Positions 50,506 through 63,554 of a DNA stretch of 64,000 nt are shown one piece after another. The stretch is from a bacterium HR15 (lineage in GTDB: Bacteria > Armatimonadota > Fimbriimonadia > Fimbriimonadales > GBS-DC). How positions within the stretch are numbered: the stretch's first letter is position 1; every line of letters begins with the position of its first letter. The stretch is from assembly GCA_002898555.1 (NCBI GenBank), contig BEHR01000002.1, forward strand, positions 9,898 through 73,897, written 5' to 3'. The notes beneath the pieces were generated by a model. That model had not been told where the DNA came from. It ran no database searches and saw only the letters and a list, made by a program, of their open reading frames with translations. Position numbers and translations under genes: made by a program.

Positions 50506-51384
50506 TTATGCCTCGATTCCTCGTTCGCGAAGCAAGGCGCGGAGCCGTTCCAGTTCCGCTTCCGCTTGCTCGGCACGCTGCCGCTCCTGTTCAGCACGCT
50601 GCCGTTCTTGCTCAGCACGCTGCCGTTCTTGCTCAGCACGCTGCCGTTCTTGCTCGGCACGCTGCCGCTCCTGTTCAGCAAGCTCGCTGGGTGTTGGCAC
50701 TAAGCTCCCATCAGCGCGGTAGAGTCGCAACCACCGATAGCGACGACCGTTGTAAACGCCCTCCCACACACCTAAGTATGCGCCCAATACACGGCTCCAC
50801 AGCCAGCCATGCTCGTTGGGTGTGATGGGTTCGTAGTGCCCGTTCGCCAGATGGTATCCGCGCAGCTCGCCCTTGTCTTGGTCGTACCAGTAATACTCCG
50901 GCACACGCAACACCTCTGCATAGAAGCGCAGGTTCTCCTCCTTGTCCTTCTTCGCGGTGCGTGGCGAAATCAGCTCGATGACCAGGTCGGGATAACGACC
51001 ATCCTCCTCCCACGCCACCCAGTAGCGACGGGGCTTGGAACCATCCACATTGCGCACCACAAAAAAGTCGGGACCTTTATACGCCGACTTCCCTGCATTA
51101 ATGGCGCGTGCCTGTTCGGTGCTGTAGTAAACAAACATATTGCCGCCACAGAAGTAATCGTTGCTGGGCCCCAGATGCTGGCGCACGAGGTCATCCAGAA
51201 GATGGATCTGTACCACATGCCACTCGCTTTCCAATGGTTCGCCGTCCTCCTCTAACAGTTCCAGGCTTTCCAGTTCCCGCAGCATCTGCTCGATGTCGCG
51301 GGCGAGTTCAGGGGGTATCGCAGCGCGCTGGGATTTGCGCCGCGTGCGCGGTTTCGGGGTCGGTTGTGCAGCGACTTTCGCCAT
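50506..51384 (-). CDS. Uma2 family (DUF820) endonuclease, paralog of 20409..21158
   Basis: PLESEWH, GNMFVYY, GPDFFVV, PDLVIELISP; (AEQERQR)5 tail. Confidence 0.9.
   Translation of the reverse strand: MAKVAAQPTPKPRTRRKSQRAAIPPELARDIEQMLRELESLELLEEDGEPLESEWHVVQIHLLDDLVRQHLGPSNDYFCGGNMFVYYSTEQARAINAGKSAYKGPDFFVVRNVDGSKPRRYWVAWEEDGRYPDLVIELISPRTAKKDKEENLRFYAEVLRVPEYYWYDQDKGELRGYHLANGHYEPITPNEHGWLWSRVLGAYLGVWEGVYNGRRYRWLRLYRADGSLVPTPSELAEQERQRAEQERQRAEQERQRAEQERQRAEQERQRAEQAEAELERLRALLRERGIEA
50566..50679 (-). repeat. 21-bp coding tandem repeat (AEQERQR x5)
   Basis: CTCAGCACGCTGCCGTTCTTG-type units. Confidence 0.92.
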
Positions 51385-51435
51385 CCCAACCAAGTATACC
51401 CCACACCGTTTGCTGCGTGGTATCCTATTGCTGCC

Positions 51436-51477
51436 TGAAAATTTTCCTCCGGGCATGTGGGTCGGAGGAAACATTTG
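51436..51477 (+). repeat. degenerate family A palindromic element
   Basis: TGAAAATTTTCCTCCGGG...GGGTCGGAGGAAACATTTG. Confidence 0.6.
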
Positions 51478-51509
51478 TGGAGCCACAGAGAACCCGGAGA
51501 GGAGGGTGT

Positions 51510-52427
51510 ATGCAGGAAGTTATCCAAGGAGTTTGGCTGATCGATCTGAATTTTCTGGGCTATCCGCTGGCGATTGCTGCCTATTTACTGATAGGCAGGG
51601 ATGAAGCCGCGCTGGTGGAGGTAGGTCCCGCCAGCACGGTGGAAACCTTGTTGCGCGAGGTGGAGCGAGCAGGCGTTCCGTTGGACACGGTGCGCCATCT
51701 GCTCGTGACACATATCCATCTTGACCATGCGGGCGCGCTCGGTGTGCTGATGCAACGGCTGCCCGATGCCACTTGCTATGTACATCCGATAGGCGCGCCG
51801 CACTTAGCCGATCCATCGCGTCTAATCGCCAGCGCGTCGCGCCTCTATGGCGAGTTGATGGACACCCTATGGGGACCTGTGCTGCCCGTGCCGAAAGAGC
51901 GCATTCGTATCGTACAGGATGGCGAACGGCTGCAGGTGGCAGGGCGTACCCTGATCGCCCTCGACACGCCCGGACATGCCCGCCACCATCACGCCTACCT
52001 GGATGATGCCAGTGGGCTGCTTTTTGCAGGCGATATAGCGGGTGTGCGCATGCCGAACACAACCTATGTGCGCCCACCCACTCCCCCACCCGAACTGGAT
52101 ATCGAAGCGTGGCAGGCAAGCCTCAGTCGACTGCGCACGGTGCCTATTCGCCAGCTTGCATTGACCCACTTTGGCGTCTTTGAGGATGTGAAGCGCCATC
52201 TCGATGAGTTAGAGCAGCGACTGCTCGACTGGGGCCATTTCACGCGGCAGCTGGTTGAGCATGGGCGAAGCGATGAGGAGATCATTCGCGCGCTCCAAGA
52301 ATACGGGAACGCCGAGATGCAGGCACAGGGTGTGGACCCCTCCAGCTACGACCTCGGCGCGGGCTATCAACTCATCGCGATGGGCTATGCCCGCTACTGG
52401 CGCAAGAAGTTGGGAGCGTCGCCATGA
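51510..52427 (+). CDS. metallo-beta-lactamase-fold hydrolase
   Basis: THIHLDHAG, TPGHARHH, FAGD, HFG; RBS GGAGG. Confidence 0.92.
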   Translation: MQEVIQGVWLIDLNFLGYPLAIAAYLLIGRDEAALVEVGPASTVETLLREVERAGVPLDTVRHLLVTHIHLDHAGALGVLMQRLPDATCYVHPIGAPHLADPSRLIASASRLYGELMDTLWGPVLPVPKERIRIVQDGERLQVAGRTLIALDTPGHARHHHAYLDDASGLLFAGDIAGVRMPNTTYVRPPTPPPELDIEAWQASLSRLRTVPIRQLALTHFGVFEDVKRHLDELEQRLLDWGHFTRQLVEHGRSDEEIIRALQEYGNAEMQAQGVDPSSYDLGAGYQLIAMGYARYWRKKLGASP

Positions 52428-53581
52428 GCGCGTTCGCCGTGCGGTTCGAAAATGTCACCAAGCGGTTCGGCAACATCGTCGCGCTGAACCGGCTGAATCT
52501 GGAGGTGCAACCCGGTGAGTTCATGGTGCTGGTGGGACCGTCGGGTTGCGGCAAGACAACCGCGTTGCGCCTCTTGGCAGGGTTAGAGGAGCCGACCGAA
52601 GGCAAGCTTTATATTGGCGAGCGTTGTGTGAACGAGATCTCGCCGCGCGACCGCGATGTGGCGATGGTGTTCCAGAACTACGCGCTCTATCCCCATATGC
52701 GCGTGTACGACAACATCGCCTTCGGACTGCGCCTGCGCGAGCTGAAAGGCTTCTGGTGGCAACTGCTGCATTACCAGCAGGCGCGAACGATTCGGCAGCA
52801 GATCGATCAGCGTGTGCGCCACGCCGCCCAGCTGCTGGGCATCGAGAACTTGTTGTTCCGTCTACCAGGTGAACTCTCTGGTGGGCAGCGTCAGCGTGTC
52901 GCGCTCGCTCGCGCAATCGTGCGCCAGCCGAAAGTGTTCCTGATGGACGAACCACTTTCGAATCTGGACGCCCAGCTGCGCGACCAGACCCGTGCGGAAC
53001 TCAAAAAACTGCAGGAACGGCTGGGCATCACCACGCTCTATGTAACCCATGACCAAAAGGAGGCGATGACGCTCGGCTCGCGCATTGCCATCCTCAAAGA
53101 CGGCATCCTCCAACAGGTCGGCACACCCGAAGCGGTCTATTATTGCCCGCACAATGTGTTTGTAGCGACCTTTATTGGCACGCCACCGATGAACCTGCTG
53201 GAAGTGCAGGTCGTGGAGGAGAATGGAAAGCCCATGCTGAAACTCGGCTCTTTCCACCTGTCCTTGTTGCAGGGGCAGCAGTCGCTGCTAAAAGCGCGAA
53301 TCGGGCAAACGGTGCTGCTCGGTGTTCGCCCACAGGATATTTACACCCCCTCCACCGCCCCCCCTGATGCAATCCTTTCAGAGCCGTTGCACGGGCTGCT
53401 GGATGTGGTGGAACCGCAAGGTGACCGCAACGATTGCCATATTCTCCTCGACGGGGAACGAGTGATTGCCCAGCTCAGTGCGCGGGTGAAGGTCCAGGAG
53501 GGTGAACGGCTCGATCTGTGTCTCCACCTGGAGCATCTGCATCTGTTCGACCCAGCAACGGGCGTGCGCCTGCAGAGTTGA
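52424..53581 (+). CDS. sugar ABC transporter ATP-binding protein (MalK/UgpC family)
   Basis: GPSGCGKTT, VFQNYALYPHM, LSGGQRQR, DEPLSNLD. Confidence 0.94.
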   Translation: MSAFAVRFENVTKRFGNIVALNRLNLEVQPGEFMVLVGPSGCGKTTALRLLAGLEEPTEGKLYIGERCVNEISPRDRDVAMVFQNYALYPHMRVYDNIAFGLRLRELKGFWWQLLHYQQARTIRQQIDQRVRHAAQLLGIENLLFRLPGELSGGQRQRVALARAIVRQPKVFLMDEPLSNLDAQLRDQTRAELKKLQERLGITTLYVTHDQKEAMTLGSRIAILKDGILQQVGTPEAVYYCPHNVFVATFIGTPPMNLLEVQVVEENGKPMLKLGSFHLSLLQGQQSLLKARIGQTVLLGVRPQDIYTPSTAPPDAILSEPLHGLLDVVEPQGDRNDCHILLDGERVIAQLSARVKVQEGERLDLCLHLEHLHLFDPATGVRLQS

Positions 53582-54803
53582 CCTTCTCTGAGTGGGTCCA
53601 CATCATCACGGTCCGCAGCACGGCTTCACCACAGGTATAGAAGTGGGGCAGCAGTAGGCGTTCCTGGGGGGTGTGGATGGCGTCCGCCCCTGTGGGGAAC
53701 ACAAGGCACTGAATCCCGTGGGTGCTGAAGGCGTTGGCATCGGAGCCGCCTCCAGTGCGGGTGAGCTTCGCGTCGATGCCCAGCTCCTTCAGTGCGGCGA
53801 CGGCTGCCTTCACGATGGGCGCGTCGGGCGACACACGCACCGCATCGAAAGTTTTGCTGAAGGTCACTTCCACCTTGCCCTCATGCGCCTGCGCCACACG
53901 CTCGCAAATCTCGCGCCAGCGGTTCGCCAGCGATTCCACTCGCTTCGGGTCGAAGCTACGGAACTCGCCTATAAGTTTGACTCGGTCTGGCACGATATTC
54001 ATCGCTTGCCCCCCTTCAATGGTGCCGATGTTCGCGGTGGTCTCCTCGTCGAGGCGTCCCCACTCCATCTGCGCAATCGCCTTCGCTGCCATCTGGATCG
54101 CGTTGCGTCCCTTTTCAGGTTCCGCGCCTGCGTGCGCTGCGCGTCCATGAAAGACCACTTCGAATTTCCAGTGCGTGGGTGACTGCACGAAAACTTCATC
54201 GGGCACTTCTCTGCCATCGACCACCAACCCGTAGCGGGCTTTCAGCAGGCGGGCGTCGAAGGCTTTTGCGCCCAGCAAACCCTTTTCCTCACGGATACTG
54301 AACACCACCTCCAGCGGCGGATGGGGCAGGTTGCGCTCCTTGAGAGTTTGCAGCACCTCCAAGATGATGGCGACCCCTGCTTTATCGTCCGCGCCCAAGA
54401 TGGTGCGTCCATCGGTTTTTATCTCCTCTTTGGTACGCACGATTTGAATCCCTTTGGTGCTGGAAACGGTGTCCAGATGGGCGTTCAGCAACAGGGGAGG
54501 CGCACTGACCGTGCCTTTGAAACGCGCGAACACATTGCCGCCTGTGCCACCCAGTTGCTTGCTGGCGTCGTCGATATGCACGCTGTCCGCGCCCAGTTGA
54601 CGCAGCTTTTCCGCCACAAATTGACAAATGGCAGCCTCGTTTTCCGCGCCGCTGTCGATTTGCACAAGCTGAATGAACAGCTCCGTCATGCGCTCGTGAT
54701 TCAGCATCGGCTGGTGAGGTTGCGCCCCTGCATCTGAACAACCTATTGCCCAGCCGATAATCACCCCTATCAGCCACATGATCACCACCTTGTCGTGTCT
54801 CAT
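53475..54803 (-). CDS. M20 peptidase T-like protein with signal-peptide-like extension
   Basis: AHLDTV, LGADDKAG, EEKGL.G, AHAG, GGSDAN, IHT; RBS AAGGAGGTGA. Confidence 0.88.
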   Translation of the reverse strand: MRHDKVVIMWLIGVIIGWAIGCSDAGAQPHQPMLNHERMTELFIQLVQIDSGAENEAAICQFVAEKLRQLGADSVHIDDASKQLGGTGGNVFARFKGTVSAPPLLLNAHLDTVSSTKGIQIVRTKEEIKTDGRTILGADDKAGVAIILEVLQTLKERNLPHPPLEVVFSIREEKGLLGAKAFDARLLKARYGLVVDGREVPDEVFVQSPTHWKFEVVFHGRAAHAGAEPEKGRNAIQMAAKAIAQMEWGRLDEETTANIGTIEGGQAMNIVPDRVKLIGEFRSFDPKRVESLANRWREICERVAQAHEGKVEVTFSKTFDAVRVSPDAPIVKAAVAALKELGIDAKLTRTGGGSDANAFSTHGIQCLVFPTGADAIHTPQERLLLPHFYTCGEAVLRTVMMWTHSEKVNSAGARPLLGRTDADAPGGDTDRAVHPPGPSPAH

Positions 54804-54846
54804 TGGTTCACCTCCTTGCATATAGGATTTGTCTCTTTTAGTATCC

Positions 54847-55090
54847 TGAAATTTTTTCTCTGACCCAGCTTCGCTGAGTACCCCAGAGAAAAAATTTCAC
54901 CTGAACTTGCTCTCCCGTGGACACACCTGAAATTTTTTCTCTGACCCCACTGCGCGGAGTACCCCAGAGAAAAAATTTTTCCTGAAATTTTTTCTCTGAC
55001 CCCACTGCGCGGAGTACCCCAGAGAAAAAATTTTTCCTGAAATTTTTTCTCTGACCCAGCTTCGCTGAGTACCCCAGAGAAAAAATTTCA
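54847..55090 (-). repeat. cluster of four 53-bp family A palindromes (54847-54899, 54928-54980, 54983-55035, 55038-55090)
   Basis: copies 1 and 4 identical, copies 2 and 3 identical; 55-bp period for copies 2-4. Confidence 0.96.
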
Positions 55091-55094
55091 CTCG

Positions 55095-55544
55095 CTATTC
55101 GCTGCTCGCCTCGTCGCGGATCGCTTGGGCTGCGGTGCGCAGCACACCGTTTACGAAGCGACCCGACTGCGCTGTGCTGTATCTCTTGGCTAACTCCACC
55201 GCTTCGTTGACAATCACGCGTGCAGGCACTTCAGGTTGATAACGCAACTCATAAAGAGCCATTCGAAGGATGTTGCGGTCGATGACGGGCATTCGGTCTA
55301 AGGTCCAGCCCGATGCGAACTGCTCAATCAGTGGGTCTAACTCGGTGGCTTGATGGCTTAGCACCCCGTTCACCAGTTGGCGCATATATCGAGCGATGCC
55401 GGGTTCCAGTTGAGCGACCTCTAATGCCTCTTCGACGACCTCTTGGGGGTCGCGTTGTCCCACCTCAATCTGGTAGAGGGCGCGCAGTGCCCATTCGCGG
55501 GCGAGTCGTCGGGGTGAGACCTCGCGGGGTGGGTCGGGGTTCAT
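55095..55544 (-). CDS. nusB: transcription antitermination factor NusB
   Basis: RRLARE.AL..LYQ, W.LDRM..IDRNILR, NEAVELAK, FVNGVL. Confidence 0.95.
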   Translation of the reverse strand: MNPDPPREVSPRRLAREWALRALYQIEVGQRDPQEVVEEALEVAQLEPGIARYMRQLVNGVLSHQATELDPLIEQFASGWTLDRMPVIDRNILRMALYELRYQPEVPARVIVNEAVELAKRYSTAQSGRFVNGVLRTAAQAIRDEASSE

Positions 55545-56914
55545 TGGACAACACCTCCGATGGGCGCATAGCCACGCAAGAAGCGTGGCACGAACGGTGT
55601 CGATACGCGCCCCTGCAGGAATTCGGGCGTCTGCACCAGGCGCAGCAAGAAGTCGCGCGTGGTCTGCACGCCCTCGATGCGCACCTCATGCAGCGCACGG
55701 GTCAAACGCGCGACCGCCTCCTCACGGCTGGGCGCATAGGCGATAATCTTCGCCAGCAGCGGGTCATAGTAGGGCGGGATGCTATAGCCTGTGTAGAGAT
55801 GGCTGTCCACGCGGATCCCTGGACCGCCCGGTGGCGTCCATTCGCTCAATCGCCCGGTAGAGGGAGTAAAGTCATGTTCGGGGATTTCGGCAGTCAGGCG
55901 CACCTCGATGGCATGTCCGCTCAACCGAATGTCGCTCTGCTTGAACGGCAGTCGTTCGCCCGCCGCGATGCGTATCTGCCACTGCACGATGTCGATGCCC
56001 GTCACCTGCTCCGTCACAGGATGTTCGACTTGCAGGCGAGTGTTCATCTCGATAAAGTAGAAGTTGCCGTTGCTGTCCATCAGGAACTCGACGGTGCCAG
56101 CGTTCTGGTAGCCCACAGCACGGGCCACTTTGATGGCAGCCTCACCTAATGCGCGGCGTGTCACCTCATCTACATGGGGGGCAGGAGCCTCCTCTACCAT
56201 TTTCTGATGGCGCGGGGTCTGTAAAGAGCACTCTCGCTCAAAGAGGTGCAACACATTCCCATGCGAATCGGCAAGCACTTGCACTTCGATATGGCGCGGT
56301 TCGGGAATATACTTTTCCAGGTAGACATCGGGCGAGCCGAATGCAGCCTGCGCTTCGGACTGGGCGATGCGCAGGGCGGGCAGCAACTCCTCCTCGGTGT
56401 TCACACGCCGAATTCCTCGTCCGCCTCCGCCTGCTGCCGCTTTAATCAACAGCGGGAAACCAATTTGGGAGGCGGCACGCAGTGCTTCCTCTTCTGAACG
56501 GATGGCGTCGGGCGTGCCAGGCAGTACGGGCACGCCTGCCTGCTGCGCGATTTTGCGGGCGAGTGCCTTATCGCCCATCTGGGCAATCGCACTGTGGGGT
56601 GGGCCGATGAAGCGGATGCCCTGCGACTCGCATGCCTCGGCGAAGCTGCTGCACTCCGATAGATAGCCATAGCCCGGATGGATGGCTTCCGCTTCGGTGA
56701 TGAGCGCCGCCATCAGAATATGAGGAATATTTAGATAACTTTCGCTACTGGGCGGCGGACCGATGCAAACCGCCTCATCCGCCCAGTGCACATGCAGGGC
56801 ATCCCGATCGGCTTCCGAATAGACCGCGACCGTGCGAATGCCCATCTCGCGGCACGCGCGGATGATGCGCACCGCTATCTCGCCCCGATTCGCTATCAGG
56901 ATTTTGTTGAACAT
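55541..56914 (-). CDS. accC: acetyl-CoA carboxylase biotin carboxylase subunit
   Basis: MFNKILIANRGEIA, HPGYG, GGGGRG, EMNTRLQVEHPVTE. Confidence 0.95.
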   Translation of the reverse strand: MFNKILIANRGEIAVRIIRACREMGIRTVAVYSEADRDALHVHWADEAVCIGPPPSSESYLNIPHILMAALITEAEAIHPGYGYLSECSSFAEACESQGIRFIGPPHSAIAQMGDKALARKIAQQAGVPVLPGTPDAIRSEEEALRAASQIGFPLLIKAAAGGGGRGIRRVNTEEELLPALRIAQSEAQAAFGSPDVYLEKYIPEPRHIEVQVLADSHGNVLHLFERECSLQTPRHQKMVEEAPAPHVDEVTRRALGEAAIKVARAVGYQNAGTVEFLMDSNGNFYFIEMNTRLQVEHPVTEQVTGIDIVQWQIRIAAGERLPFKQSDIRLSGHAIEVRLTAEIPEHDFTPSTGRLSEWTPPGGPGIRVDSHLYTGYSIPPYYDPLLAKIIAYAPSREEAVARLTRALHEVRIEGVQTTRDFLLRLVQTPEFLQGRVSTPFVPRFLRGYAPIGGVVQ

Positions 56915-57220
56915 AACCCGTCCTGAAGTGTACCCCAGAAGATAGGAGGTTCTCCCCTCTACAATATGGCTCTTCCTCTGTGTAAAGTGTCTCACGGCGC
57001 AATGCTTCGGTAGGCGGTGCCTCGTTGGTTGCGTATCTTTCAGCCCATCGCAGCAAGCACGCGCTTGCTCATTGTCCTTATGGAGGTGTGACGGTTCACT
57101 TATGGATAGTCAAAGTGTGTCAACAATCACAGGCACAATGTCTTGCGTAGCAAGGCTTCCACCGATGGGGAGCATTCAGGCAAGTATACCCCAACCAAGT
57201 TTTCCCCATCAGGTGTGCCG

Positions 57221-57577
57221 CTAATAGCTCCTATGTCCTGGTGTGGAACATCGCACCGTACCCGTGTTCGGGTCGTACTGATAAGGCTGACCCGATTCGG
57301 GGCAGACCAGCATTTGGTCGGGCAACCCCAGCTCCTTGAGTGTGGCAGGTAACCCTTCTTCAGAACCCTGCCGCATTTGGATGGCGGTACGAATCTGGTT
57401 CAAGTTATTGCGGCATTCTACGCCGCGTGCCGCTTGCTTGGTCTCCGTGACACGGCTGACAGGCGGTGCCCCAGGCATAGTACCCGCCTGTCTTCCTGTG
57501 CCATAATAGAGCCATACCACCACTAAAATCGCCAATATCGCCACTGCTGCCAGTACACCCACTAATCGCATGCTCAT
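57221..57577 (-). CDS. pilin-like membrane-anchored protein
   Basis: N-terminal TM; CRNNLNQIR, CP.SG.PY.Y, C..PGH resemble the pilin at 32759; no GFTL motif. Confidence 0.6.
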   Translation of the reverse strand: MSMRLVGVLAAVAILAILVVVWLYYGTGRQAGTMPGAPPVSRVTETKQAARGVECRNNLNQIRTAIQMRQGSEEGLPATLKELGLPDQMLVCPESGQPYQYDPNTGTVRCSTPGHRSY

Positions 57578-57603
57578 CTCCTCGTGAGGCGAGTCGTTTT
57601 TTG

Positions 57604-57640
57604 GGCGAGTGGCGGGTAGTGAGTAGAATCTACTCGCTAT

Positions 57641-57660
<20 letters not shown>
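57604..57660. repeat. heptamer-periodic inverted repeat (family C) overlapping the ALDH stop
   Basis: GGCGAGT GGCGGGT AGTGAGT AGAATCT ACTCGCT ATTCACC ATTCGCC ACTCGCT. Confidence 0.85.
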
Positions 57661-61794
<4,134 letters not shown>

Positions 61795-61815
61795 ACCGAT
61801 GCTCGAAACTCATAC

Positions 61816-61944
61816 TGGAGGGCGAGCGTCCCCGCGAGCCGACATGCGTGACGAAGACAATCCTGTCTTAGTGCGGCGTCGGTTGGAATGGCTCGGCGGG
61901 AACCTCGCCCTCCAGATTCGGCTCGGCGGGAGCCTCGCCCTCCA
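61816..61944. repeat. BIME-like REP cluster (family B): one inverted and two tandem copies
   Basis: TGGAGGGCGAGCGTCCCCGCGAGCCGA (61816-61842) and GGCTCGGCGGGARCCTCGCCCTCCA x2. Confidence 0.88.
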
Positions 61945-61996
61945 AAATGCCCAAGCGTGAATGCCTACCCATCTCCTTGAACTCCAGTTTTTAAAC

Positions 61997-62020
61997 AGCT
62001 GGGTCAGAGAAAAAATTTCA
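61997..62020 (+). repeat. half copy of the family A element
   Basis: AGCTGGGTCAGAGAAAAAATTTCA matches the right half of copies 54847 and 55038 (reverse complement). Confidence 0.88.
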
Positions 62021-62061
62021 TGACGGAAGAACCTCTCACGCGACGCGAGAGGCTTAGGGCG

Positions 62062-63327
62062 TTAAAAATAGTCCATTGGGCGCAAGCAGGGAGAGCGAGC
62101 GGGGAACAGTTGATCCAGAGTGTCTATCAAAGCAGGGGGCGCATCCAGCAGCTCACGCACTGCGAGTTCGCTTGCACTGAAAGTGCCCATCGTGAGCAGT
62201 GCGAGCGAGCGCATATTGAGGCGCACGATGGGCAAGCCCTCATGCCCTCCCCGCGCCACATGCCAGCCCTTTGAATCCGCAAACACCGTGTACACCCCTG
62301 TGTTTGCCTCAATCTGGGGATCGTGAACCGCCATGCAGAAGGGCTGCACTCCCTCGGTAGGGCATGCCCTCAACAGCCGCTGCAACAGGTCATGTGGATG
62401 CACCACGCGCCACATGAAGCCGGGCATTATCTCCCATCGCAGGAACGGCTCTCCCGGATCGCGGTGTGTGGGTGTCCAGCCCGTCAGTTGCAGCGATGCC
62501 AGTTCATCAGGTGTTCCGCTAAACTCGACCTGACGCACATGTTCCTCGTTCGCCGCGAGCCAGCCTATCAACGCATGCCGTGCCCGCTCCGTAAGCCAAA
62601 GCATCTCACGCACACGGAGCACCCAGCCCGCTTCGACAAAGTCGTAAATCAAATAACCTTCCAGCGCCCCGTTATGGCAATAAACGAGCTTGTGGCGAAA
62701 GTTCCACAACAGATAGCTCCAGCGCAACTCGTCGCGCAGCAGGCGTCCGGTGGCAGGGCGCACTCGCTGTTCGTACAGATGGCGGATGGCAGGATAGTCC
62801 GTTTCAAGGGCACGCCGCACCCCCTCAGGTGGGAAAGGCGGCAGCAGCAGGGGAGCTACGCGCACGCGCATCAGGCTTCCCACCACCTCCCAGCCCAGCG
62901 GACGATAGAAATCGAGATCGAACGCTTGCAGCGCTGCTCCCGGGATGCCCTGCGTATGGAGCGCGTTCAGCACGGCGGTCAGGAGGCGGCGCGCATAGCC
63001 GCGCCGACGGTATTGCGGGTGGGTCGCTACCCCAGCGATGCCCACACAGGGAACCAACTGCTCGCCGATCCACATCTGCAAGGGGATAACGGTCAGAATA
63101 GAAACCAGCGTTCGAGATGCTCCCTCACCTACCCACAACCCCCACCGCTGATTGTGGGGATAATAAGGGTCGTTGTAGAAATAAGGGCGTGCCGTTGCCA
63201 GATCAAAGCCAAAGCATTGACAGAGCAGGCGCAAAAACGCCTCCTCATCCTCCAGGATTTTCTTCTCCGACCCAGACGGGTACCCCGGAGAAGAAAATCC
63301 TGCTGGCGAGATCATCTCAATTTGCAC
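62062..63327 (-). CDS. Eis-like GNAT acetyltransferase with SCP2 C-terminal domain (start could be 63360 or 63315)
   Basis: GIAGVATHPQYRRRGYA, FY..LGW, C-terminal LF......DYF. Confidence 0.9.
   Translation of the reverse strand: MQIEMISPAGFSSPGYPSGSEKKILEDEEAFLRLLCQCFGFDLATARPYFYNDPYYPHNQRWGLWVGEGASRTLVSILTVIPLQMWIGEQLVPCVGIAGVATHPQYRRRGYARRLLTAVLNALHTQGIPGAALQAFDLDFYRPLGWEVVGSLMRVRVAPLLLPPFPPEGVRRALETDYPAIRHLYEQRVRPATGRLLRDELRWSYLLWNFRHKLVYCHNGALEGYLIYDFVEAGWVLRVREMLWLTERARHALIGWLAANEEHVRQVEFSGTPDELASLQLTGWTPTHRDPGEPFLRWEIMPGFMWRVVHPHDLLQRLLRACPTEGVQPFCMAVHDPQIEANTGVYTVFADSKGWHVARGGHEGLPIVRLNMRSLALLTMGTFSASELAVRELLDAPPALIDTLDQLFPARSPCLRPMDYF
63253..63302 (-). repeat. family A variant inserted in frame in the GNAT gene
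   Basis: 17-bp perfect arms CAGGATTTTCTTCTCCG / CGGAGAAGAAAATCCTG around the GACCC...GGGTACCCC core. Confidence 0.88.
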
Positions 63328-63426
63328 GGGCAGTCGCCGCAGTTTTAACAGGTTCATCAACCTTCTCCAAGATTTTTTTTTTTTTCGACAGAGGGATGGC
63401 TATTCCTGTGATGTCGGAGGATGAAC

Positions 63427-63469
63427 CAAAATTTTTTCTCTGGGGTACTGGGTCAGAGAAAAAATTTTG
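63427..63469 (+). repeat. short (43-bp) family A palindrome
   Basis: CAAAATTTTTTCTCTGGGGTACTGGGTCAGAGAAAAAATTTTG. Confidence 0.92.
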
Positions 63470-63554
63470 CGTCGAGAGGGAATTCCCGAAAAGATTCTCC
63501 CGCAGTTCAGATGCCCGTCAGGCAGGTGTAGGTTCACGGCATAATGTCCCGGCC

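Noticed and set aside
54847-55090. CRISPR array
   Set aside because: The units are 53-bp palindromes, mostly separated by 2 bp, with no series of unique spacers. The same unit is dispersed singly elsewhere, and no cas genes are in the window.
54897-55091. small ORFs made of family A repeats (also 12549..12815 and 22633..22884)
   Set aside because: They are incidental translations of the palindromes, with no independent coding signal.
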